DNA of 64,000 bases, taken from an uncultured Acidobacteriota bacterium. Its GTDB lineage: Bacteria; Acidobacteriota; UBA6911. Within the stretch, counting starts at the first letter, position 1. Every line of letters starts with the position of its first letter. The notes beneath the pieces are model-generated. The model was not told where the DNA came from and did not search any database. It saw only the letters and a program-made list of their open reading frames with translations. The translations under genes were made by a program, and so were the position numbers. The stretch is from the NCBI GenBank assembly GCA_963809485.1, contig CAWEJX010000016.1, positions 32,001-96,000 of the forward strand. Reading direction: 5' to 3'. Shown one piece after another: positions 1 to 9,400 of the stretch.

Positions 1-2
1 CG

Positions 3-407
3 CTCTCCACGCCGGTGTTTGTCCCGCAGGAACCCGGTCCGTTGGATTGGGACGCGCCGAATCGTTTTGTCTCCTGGGGCTGGGCTCCGGCGCCATGGTG
101 GGGCTTGCTTTTGAGCTATTTCTTTGAATATCGGACCGGATTCCCCTTCAGCGTGGTCGATGAACGGCAGCAGCCTGCAGGACCGGCAAACGGAGAGCGA
201 TTCCCAGATTATGCAATTCTGAATTTCGGGATAGAAAAGCGCATCCATCTATTCAGGCGGGAATGGGCGATACGGCTGACAATTCTGAATGTAACCAGTC
301 ACGCGAATCCCGATGGAGTCATCAATAATGTGGATTCGTCCGATTTCATGAAGTTTTCCGGAGGTCAGAAGCTCTCGCTCACTGCCCGTATCCGTCTGGT
401 CGGGTGA
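3..407 (+). CDS. C-terminal part of a probable outer-membrane TonB-dependent-receptor-like protein (5' end outside window)
   Basis: Frame open from window edge; beta-strand-like alternating pattern, EYRTGFPFS..., RFPDY..LN, ending in ARIRLVG. Confidence 0.5.
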   Translation, partial: LSTPVFVPQEPGPLDWDAPNRFVSWGWAPAPWWGLLLSYFFEYRTGFPFSVVDERQQPAGPANGERFPDYAILNFGIEKRIHLFRREWAIRLTILNVTSHANPDGVINNVDSSDFMKFSGGQKLSLTARIRLVG

Positions 408-448
408 AAACGTTGAAACGTTGAAACGTTTGAACGTTAAAACGTTTT
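408..448. repeat. Tandem array of palindromic AACGTT units (7-9 bp period) between convergent genes
   Basis: aaacgttg aaacgttg aaacgttt gaacgtt aaaacgttt read directly. Confidence 0.85.
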
Positions 449-1763
449 AGAAGAGCAGGCGGGTGCGGATGCTGGTATCGAGCAACTCGATCTGTTCGCC
501 GATGTTGCGCGACAGGCTGCGCTCCACGTCCATGATCAGGTAGCCGACGCCGTTGCGCGTGTTGTACGACTGCGCCTTGATGTTCACGCTCATGCCGGCG
601 ATCAAGCCGTTGATGCGGCTGAGCACTCCGGGAACATCTTTGTGAATGTTGAGCACGCGGTAACTGTCCTCGAGAACGGGCATCTGCACTTCGGGCAGGT
701 TTGCGCAGTTGGTCGTCCCGCCGGTTTGCGCGTAGGTAATGAGGGAATCGGAAACCTCGAGCCCGATATTCCGCTGTGCCTCTTCGGTGCTGCCGCCGAT
801 GTGCGGCGTCAGGATCACGTTCTCCAGCCCGCGCAGTTCCGATACGAAGGGGTCCTTGCCGGAACTGGGCTCTTTGGGGAAAACGTCCAGGGCGGCGCCG
901 GCCAGGTGGCCGCTTATCAGGGCTTGCCGCAGGGCGGCAATATCCACAACCGATCCCCTGCTGAGATTGAGGAGGTAGCTATTTTCAGGCATTATGTTCA
1001 GCTGCTTGCGGCCGATCATGTTGCGCGTTAACGGCGTGTCCGGAACGTGAAGCGTTACAAAATCGGATATTTTCAGCAGCTCATCGAGATTGGACACCTG
1101 GCGCGCATTGCCGAGAGGAAGCTTTTTCAGGATGTCGTGGAAAACAACTCTCATCCCCAGCGATTCGGCCAGGAGGCCGACCTGAGGACCTATGTGCCCG
1201 TATCCCACGATGCCGATCGTTTTGCGCCGGACTTCCATGCATCCTTGGGCCGATTTCTCCCAGCGTCCGCTGTGCAGCTCCATCGAGCGCTGCGCAGCGC
1301 GGCGCGCCAGCATCACCACTTCGGCTATCGTCAATTCGGCGACGCTTCGGGTGTTGCTGAAGGGAGCGTTGAAAACCGCGACGCCCCGGCGGCTCGCGGC
1401 CTCCATATCCACCTGGTCGGTCCCGATACAGAAGCAGCCTATGGCGAACAACTGCGGGGCCGCGTCGAGAATCCGTTCGGTAATATGCGTTTTGGAGCGG
1501 ATTCCGAGCATGTGGATGCCCTGCAGCATCGCGATCAACTGATCTTCTCCGGCAGATCCCGCTTCCCTGCTAATATCGAAAAAATCGGCGGCCCGGAAAG
1601 CCTCCTCCGCGGCTGCATGAATTCCTTCCAACAGAAGGATCCTTATCGTTTCGCCGGAGTTTTTGCTTCCAGCCGGCTTACCCCTGGAGGCTTGGCTTCC
1701 CGCCTTTCGCGGCGCCCTGGTAACTTCCCGTTTCGGCTGCAATTTCCTTCCATTTTTCGACAT
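447..1763 (-). CDS. serA: D-3-phosphoglycerate dehydrogenase with C-terminal ACT domain
   Basis: GIRSKT, GCFCIGT.QVD, FNAPFSNTRSVAEL, GIVGYGHIG, TPHIGGST, ACT (NIHKDVPGVL). Confidence 0.95.
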   Translation of the reverse strand: MSKNGRKLQPKREVTRAPRKAGSQASRGKPAGSKNSGETIRILLLEGIHAAAEEAFRAADFFDISREAGSAGEDQLIAMLQGIHMLGIRSKTHITERILDAAPQLFAIGCFCIGTDQVDMEAASRRGVAVFNAPFSNTRSVAELTIAEVVMLARRAAQRSMELHSGRWEKSAQGCMEVRRKTIGIVGYGHIGPQVGLLAESLGMRVVFHDILKKLPLGNARQVSNLDELLKISDFVTLHVPDTPLTRNMIGRKQLNIMPENSYLLNLSRGSVVDIAALRQALISGHLAGAALDVFPKEPSSGKDPFVSELRGLENVILTPHIGGSTEEAQRNIGLEVSDSLITYAQTGGTTNCANLPEVQMPVLEDSYRVLNIHKDVPGVLSRINGLIAGMSVNIKAQSYNTRNGVGYLIMDVERSLSRNIGEQIELLDTSIRTRLLF

Positions 1764-1782
1764 CGGATTTTTCCCGTAATCG

Positions 1783-2514
1783 TTATGCGTCGAGCTGAAT
1801 CTGCATGCAGAGATTCATGGCCGGAGTGACCTCCCCGAAGATTGCCATCATCGACTCAACCAGGTCCACTCCCGAGGAGGATTGAACCTCTTTTTCCGGC
1901 ATCGGATAATAAACCTGGAAACCCGCCCAGGAAGCTGCCGGAGCGTCTTCAAGGACCTTCTTCAGCTTTGCCATGCTGGGGAAATTGTTTTTTTTGAATT
2001 CCCCCATGCTGTCCCAGCCCGTGGCAGCCTCCACTATAAAACCTTCCTTAAAAACCAGCCGTTTAAGCTCCCGCGCCATGGCACCTGCGGGTTTCAAAGA
2101 CCCAAGCAGCCGGTGCCAGTCATAGTCCGGTTTTATTTCGGCTTTTGGAAAATCAGGCGGGGCCTGAAGAAATCCGCGCTCGACAGAGAAACCGCATCTA
2201 AAAAGCCTCTCTTCCGTGTCCACCGTGAGAAAGAACTTCGAGCACCCAAAGCTGACCTTTGAGGAAACCGGCTTGGCATCGCGGTTGGCGCGGGGCAAAA
2301 AGCCGATCCACTGCCAGTAGACGCCGCGGCCGTAGCGTTCCGTTACGAAAGGCTGCTGATACCGTGCCTCCAGGGCCAGCTTAAGGATGCGCGTGATCCG
2401 CTGGTTGTCCTCAAGGTTGCCGACGTGTATGCCTCTCTGAAAATCGAGATACTCCGGCTTGAACCCGATCGCAGTCCGCGGAAAAGCCTTCATTACCTGA
2501 ATCTTTGCTGTCAT
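1783..2514 (-). CDS. Hypothetical protein (~243 aa)
   Basis: Long ORF with protein-like composition, co-oriented with neighbours; start placed at ATG 2514 because the longer ORF runs into a repeat. Confidence 0.7.
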   Translation of the reverse strand: MTAKIQVMKAFPRTAIGFKPEYLDFQRGIHVGNLEDNQRITRILKLALEARYQQPFVTERYGRGVYWQWIGFLPRANRDAKPVSSKVSFGCSKFFLTVDTEERLFRCGFSVERGFLQAPPDFPKAEIKPDYDWHRLLGSLKPAGAMARELKRLVFKEGFIVEAATGWDSMGEFKKNNFPSMAKLKKVLEDAPAASWAGFQVYYPMPEKEVQSSSGVDLVESMMAIFGEVTPAMNLCMQIQLDA

Positions 2515-2682
2515 AGAGTGTTTAGGATAGCACGTTTGCTCCATCGGGAAAAATGTCACGAATGGCCGGACTTCCTCTGGGTGCCCGTCCATAAATCTTA
2601 ACGCTGACGAACGCTGAAAAAATTGCGAATAAATACCATTTTCTCAGCAGACAGTCTCTGGACACCGGTCCACTGAAAACAA

Positions 2683-3372
2683 CTATAATATTAGCGGTTT
2701 GGGGATTGAGTTGGGTTGGTCCGAGCCCAGGGTAAGCACGTATCCCTGCAAGCTGCGCCACCAGCCGCAAAATTTCCGGGAGGATTCCAGGCAACGCCCG
2801 CTCCAGGCATTCCATTGGTCTTCCCTCGTCTCGGGATCGATAAGCACGCTGACACTGCGCGTATCCCGCCGCAATCCTTCCCGCAATATTTTGAGTATCG
2901 TTTCCTTGGCGCTCCAGATGAGATTAACAGTCAGCTGCCGGTCCACTGCAGGAGTCTGCTTCACATAGGATATCTCTTCGGCCGTAAAGTAGTCCTCGAC
3001 GAGCTCCACCTCGCGCGGCTCCATCCATTCCAGGTCGCAACCGACAGCAAGCCCGGCCGGGCCCACGACGCAAAGGCCCATATCCCGGCTGTGGCTGATA
3101 GATATGGAGACTCCACCGGGTCCATCTTTCCAGAAGACTTCGGGAGAGCCGTCAGACGCGGCTCGAATCTCAAGCGACGGCAGAGATGACGCGTCTTTGC
3201 CCCCATAGCCACAAATAGCCTGCTTGGCCGTCCAGCGACCCAGCCTCCAGTCGTTGCGCCGTTTCGGGAAACGCAGACCTTCGAGAATCTTGCGCTCTCC
3301 TTCGCTCAGCCAGCGGTCATACTCGGGCACATCTTTCTGGATTTGAATAAGCCAATGGAGACTTGTAGTCAT
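2683..3372 (-). CDS. Sfp-type 4'-phosphopantetheinyl transferase
   Basis: SISISHS, VGCDLE, WSAKE motifs; directly downstream of the PKS. Confidence 0.93.
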   Translation of the reverse strand: MTTSLHWLIQIQKDVPEYDRWLSEGERKILEGLRFPKRRNDWRLGRWTAKQAICGYGGKDASSLPSLEIRAASDGSPEVFWKDGPGGVSISISHSRDMGLCVVGPAGLAVGCDLEWMEPREVELVEDYFTAEEISYVKQTPAVDRQLTVNLIWSAKETILKILREGLRRDTRSVSVLIDPETREDQWNAWSGRCLESSRKFCGWWRSLQGYVLTLGSDQPNSIPKPLIL

Positions 3373-3373
3373 G

Positions 3374-3436
3374 GATTCGACATTCGAGATTCGGGATTTA
3401 TAAAAATTTTTAAATCCCGAATCTCGAAATGAATTC
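3374..3436. repeat. Heptamer-repeat hairpin between PKS and PPTase
   Basis: ttcgagattcgggattta ... taaatcccgaatctcgaa perfect inverted repeat built from (g/c)attcg(a/g) units. Confidence 0.8.
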
Positions 3437-6400
3437 TACGCTTTTAGGGCGAGTGCGATCGGGTCAACCAGGTCCTGCTGAATCGGGTCGGGCAGATCCA
3501 TGGTCCGGTAACCCTGCAAGGTCAAATATACGTTCCCCTTTTCGTCGACGATTTTTGCGTCGCAGGCTCCGTCCGGTTTCGGAAGGACTATTGAATAGAA
3601 TTCCGCATTCTCCGCGTTCTCCGGTGCGGACAACAACTTCAAACTCCCGACAGAAAAGGGCAAGCCCAGGCGGGACTGAAGCCCAAGGCGGGACAGACTG
3701 CCCGTCTGGAAGCACAGTTCGACGAACCGCGGAGACGCGAATACGGGCAATTCCGAAGGCATGTGGTTTGCCGGCAGGTTTGCCGCAAATTTGCCAATCA
3801 CGCTGTCTCCCGACCGCCACGCACTATCAATCACCTGGTACGCCGGCCCGTGGAAAAACACCCGGTAAATCTGATCTGCGCCAACTTTCTCCGCCTTTTC
3901 CGGCAAAGGCTTCCGGCTGTCTTTCTCAGCCTGCGCATTGCCGGTAGTCAGCCGCACACGCGCCGTAAAGTGAGTCGTGATCTCCGGCTCCGCTTGTCCG
4001 TGCAGCGTGCGGGCCCCGAGCAGCCTGCATTCCGCGACGATATCTTCCTTGTCCGCTCGGAAAAACGCGTGGACCGTCAGACTCCTCGGCTGGCCGCGAT
4101 AGAATTTGAACGGCGTAAGAAAATTTATATCCTCTATGGCGCCGATGCTGCGTTCCGGGAAAAGGAACTTCGCCGCTTCAGCCATAGCCTCGATGCCCAT
4201 GACTCCGGGCAGAACCGGCGTCATGCTGATCTGGTGATCATACAGGAACGGCTGCTTCGCCGGATCGAACGAGGATTCGACGGTCAAACCGCCGTACACT
4301 CCCATCCCCAGGACCTCGCCGGTCATAATGCCCCGGTTGCGCAACAAGGGATCGAGAGGTCCGCCGGCGCTGGTATCCAGGCCGCCCTGAGGATCGAACT
4401 CCTTGACCAGGATCCCCAGTTTCCGGCCAATAACCAGTTCTCCGCTTGTGCCCGCAATCAGTTCCCGGCGGATAACCGGTATGCCGGCTTCAGGCGGCAG
4501 CATATCGATTCCGGCCTGTTTCATAATGGCCGGGATTGAGCCTCTGGCCGCCATCCCGATGCCGCTCCACGCGGTCCAGTCGATGGCGATGCCGCGGGTG
4601 GACGGGCGGGAGGACCGGAAATTGGAAATGCACTTGCACAGCAGGTCGTTTGCGCTGCTGTAGTCGGTCTGCCCGGAGTTGCCGAAACGGCCCGCTACAG
4701 AGCTGAAGACCACGGCAGCGCCGACGGGCATGCCGCCTATGCCGGACATCAGGTTGAACCAGCCGTCGCTCTTGACATCAAAGACCAGGTCGAACTCGCC
4801 CGGCTTTTTGTCGGGCAGCATATGGCTGATTTCCACCCCTGCGGCGTGCAGCAAGACATCGATGCGTCCGTGCCGCTCCGAGATCTCTTTCACAACCCGT
4901 GCGACAGAAGCCGGATCCAGCAGATCGAGACTGTAGTAATAAGCAGTGCCGCCGGCGTTGCGGACAGACTGGATTGCCGTGAGAGCCGCTTTGGAGCGCT
5001 CGAGAGACGCGAGTTCCCTGTCGACCATCGCGGGAGTGGCCCGTTCGCCGCGCAGCTTGAGCCGTTCGAAAATATCCCGTTTCAGGCTTTCCCTGTCCGT
5101 GTTCAGCCGCGCCAGGTCGCTGTTGCGGGCATCCGGTTCAGGCGTCAGATCGAGCAGGTAGAATATTCCGCCGGAGGCTGCTGCAAGATCCGCCGTAATC
5201 GCCGAAACGATGCTTCCGGCAGCTCCTGTAACCAGGAAAACGGTTTCCTCATCCAGCTTCACTGCAGGTTCTCCTGCGGCCGCCGCCTGCTCCTTCAATC
5301 CGATGGTCCAGCGCTGAGCATCTTTATATCCGACCTCCACGACACCGGGATCGCGCAGAGTTTCATCAATCAGCAGATCGGCGAGCGCGCTGGTTTTGCG
5401 GCTTGGCTCGAAATCGACGACTTTCACCGTCGCATCGGGCTTTTCACGCTTGAAAGCTTTGGTAAAGCCCGTTACGGCGCCTCCCAGCGGGTCTGCTGCA
5501 CCGGCATCGTCATAGCCGTGCAGCCCGCCAAGGCGCGTTGCCGACACGAGGAAGGTTCCCGCCGGCCCGACCTGATCATACAGGGCCTGCATGACGCTAA
5601 ACAGCAGCTTCGCCCGTACCCTGGTCGCTTCGCGCCACTGGGCCAGGCTCATGGCGGACACTTCACCCTGGCTGTCGAGAGCCGGGAGCCAGTACACACC
5701 CTGGATCGCGCCTTCAGCTTTCCAGCTTTCGAGATACCTGGCCAGAAACTTCGCGTCCGGCACGCCGTCAATCACCAGCGATTGGACGCCCAGCTTCTCC
5801 AGCCTGGCTGCAAGAGCTTTTCCGACCCCGCCCTGATCCGGCATGATGATGACGCGGCTTCCGGATTTCAAAGCTACGTCGGTGGATTTGCACAGCGATA
5901 ACGCCGGCCTCAGTTGCGGCACCGGTATCCGCCGCGGAACCGAGTTGGCGGCCTCCATGCTGCCTGCAATCACAGCCGGCGCCGCCTCGGCCCGCGCAAC
6001 CGCCGCAGGTTTGGACTCGGCCTGTGCTGCGGCTCCGCCCTTTTTCAGTTCCGGCTTGCGGTCATAGACAAACTGGATCGTGTGGGCCAGCGTCGGGAAA
6101 TCGCGCAGCTTCAGGTTGTCCTCGCGCGGGATATCGTAAGCGGCGCGTATGGCGGCAAACATCTCCGCCTGTTTGACGGTGTCAATTCCAAGGTCCGCCT
6201 CCAGATCCAGATCGAGGTCGAGCATATCGGGCGGATACCCGGTTTTCTCGGCGATGATCCGCAGGACAGTATCTTTGACAGAATCCCCTGCTGACCCCGC
6301 CGCCGGAGCAGGCCCTGCCTCAATAGCGGATGGTCCAGGCTCAGCGGCCGGTGTCGCTTTCTGAGCTTGAGCAACTGCTCCCGTGGCTGCCGCTTTCAGA

Positions 6401-9400
6401 TCCGGCCGGCGGTCGTAAACAAACTGGATCGTGTGGGCCAGAGTCGGGAAATCCCGCAGCTTGAGATTGTCTTCGCGCGGGATATCGTAAGCGGCGCGTA
6501 TGGCGGCGAACATCTCCGCCTGTTTGACCGTGTCGATTCCAAGGTCGGCCTCCAGATCAAGGTCGAGGTCAAGCATATCGGGCGGATACCCGGTCTTCTC
6601 GGCAATGATCTGCAAGACAGTTTCTTTTACCGAATCTTTTGAAGCTTCAACCGCAGAAGCGGGCACCTGTGCACTTTGGGAGGATTCAGGCACAGCGGCT
6701 GCCGGAATTGCGTTGGGAGCCTGGGCTGCTGCCGCGGAGGCGGCCAGCTTTAAATCCGGCCTGCGGTCGTAGACAAATTGTATGGCGTGAGCCAGTGTTG
6801 GAAAGTCGCGCAATTTCAGGTTGTCTTCACGCGGAATATCATAGGCCGCGCGAATGGCAGCAAACATTTCGGCCTGTTTCACCGTATCGATACCCAGGTC
6901 GGCCTCCAGATCGAGATCGAGATCGAGCATGTCGGTGGGATAACCGGTTTTTTCCGAAATGATCTGCATGACCTGAACCTGCACATCGTCAAGCATCCGT
7001 GCAGCAGGTGAAACAGCGGCGGATTCCACTGTTTTGGTTTCCGCTCGAAGCTCGGCCTGGAGACCTGCGACGGCATGTTGCGGCGCAGGCTCTGGCGAGG
7101 GTACAGACGACTTCGCGGCCTGCAGAGAGTTTGAGGCGCCGTTTTCCCTCCAGTCTGTCGGGCCCTGGTCTTTGGCACGCAATGTGCGCTGGACGATTTC
7201 AAGCTCAGGCGCCTCGTAACCCGTAAGGCGCTTCAGCCAGCTGTTCCAGGCTGCCGGGTCCTCAATGCGATAGCCGTAACCGAGAGCCGAGGGAGGCTGT
7301 CTCTTTCCATCGGGCGCAGGCGTCCATCGCATCAGGGTCATGGAAATTTGCGAACCGAAGCCTGCGCCCAGCCGCAGCGCATAGCGCATCGGCTGGTATC
7401 CTCCCCTGGACAGGTTCAGAGTGCCCAGTTCGGGGTCCACCTCCTTGAAGTTGGGAACGGGCGGAACGATCCCGGTCTCGAGCATTTTGACCGACACCAC
7501 ATCCTCGATGCCGACGGCCATCGGATGGCCGGTGGCGCCTTTCGTGTTGGCGACCAGAATCCGATCCGTGGCCTCTTTGAAAACGTGCCGCAGGGCGAAC
7601 ACTTCCGCGGAAGCGCTTCCTCCGCGGGCCGGAGTGTAGGTCTCGTGGGAAACGAAGACTGTTTCCGGAGCAATCTGGAACCGGTTAAGGCCCCATTCAG
7701 CTTCGGCATTGGCGATCAGCTTTTCCATGACATGCCGGATGTGGCTGACGTCGAGCCGAGTACCATGATACGCGCTGTTGGCGACCACGGAACCCAAGAC
7801 CTGGCAGATCGGGCGGATGCCGCGCTCGCGCGCAGCTTCCAGGCTTTCGAGCACGACAGCCGACGCACCCATCCCAATGAGCAGACCATGGCGCCTGCGG
7901 TCGAAAGGCGTTGCCGCGTCTTCCACCCTCTCGTCGGTCGCCGCGGATCCGGAAGCCAGGAAGCCCGAGCCGAACCAGCCCAACAGGTTGTCGGAAGTAA
8001 TGTCGTCGGCGGAAATAATGATGACACGGCGGCAGCGGCCGGTTCGTATCCAGTCGCTGGCCAGGCCGACAGCCTGCGTGCCGCTCGAGCAGGCGCCGTT
8101 GGTGGAGGTGTTCGGGCCGCGGGCGCCGATGTATTCGGCAAATTGCGAGTGGCCCATGGAAAGCACCCGGAAGAGGAACCTGCGGTCGAAATGATAGGTA
8201 TTCGCCTCGATTTCCTTGCTCAGAGCCTCGATGCGCCGCTCGATTTCGGCGGCGATGGCTGTGTCGCGTCCGGCCTGCAAGGCCAGGCTGCGCAGGCTGT
8301 CGAGTTCCGCCAGACGTTCGCGGCGGATGCGCTCCTGGTAGAAGCCCGAAATAATTTCGGCATAGGCGTCGTAACCGGGGAAAGCGGATGTGAAAAGTAT
8401 TCCGGTGTCATCCCGTATCGCATCCGGGAGCATCCATCGATCGGGGAGTTTGGTCCCCTTGGTGGTTGTCTTGTAGTGCATGACCAGGGGAATTCCGGCG
8501 TCGCGCAACGCATCGATCCCGGCGCCTATCGCCAGCTTGGTCACGCGATCGAGCGCGGGCAGCCGGTCTTCGGGAAAACCGAAATCGCGCACGAGGTCGA
8601 GGTCTCTGGAACGGGCAGCGAGCTTGATCACATCATCCAGGTGGTTGATGGATTCGAATCTTCCTTCACCGCCTTCCGTCTTGACCAGACGCGTGATGTT
8701 CTTCTCCACCATAGCCTCTCGCAGCCGCATGGGAATAGGCTCGATAAACACATCCCCGCGCAACATGCGTTCGACATTGGTATCGTCGAAAACGCGGTCG
8801 ACCCCAGGCAATCCCAGCGCGGCGCCGGTAACGCATATATCCACAGGGGCCTGCGAACGCTTGCCTCCCGAATAAATCTGGAATCCCCGGTCGAGGAATT
8901 CGGTAAACAGCTTCCCCAGTTCCACGTACCGGTCGGATCCGGCTTCGACAGGACGAGAGGCTTCCTGAGCCCTTTCGGCCCTATAGGCCGGCACGGAAGG
9001 CGCCGGCGCGGGCATGAAAGCCTGCGGGGCCGGGATCGATTCCCGGATTTCAGCTGTGGGCTTTTTTCCCTGTACTTTTGCCGCAATGCCCACACCCAGG
9101 CCCGCGGCATACAGGCCGCACAGGGCGAGATTGAGCGAGGCCGCCTCGCCGATTCTCGGATGGTTGGTGAACAAAGCGACAACGCCCTCGCGTTCGCCCA
9201 GAACATCCTCAACAAAACCGTAGAGGATTCTCTTGGGGCCCAGTTCGACAAAGATGCGCGCTCCGGCATCATACAGAGTATTGAGCCCCTTCACGAATTG
9301 GACCGGGGAATACACCTGCCTCCCCAGCAGGCCAATCATCTCCGGCACGACACCCGGGCCCATGGGATAAAAATCCCCAAGCACGTTGGAGATGATGGGG

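Noticed and set aside
6045-6990. Possible CRISPR-like or DGR-like repeats
   Set aside because: These are in-frame ACP domain duplications; no constant repeat with unique spacers, no cas or reverse transcriptase gene, and no adenine-specific variation.
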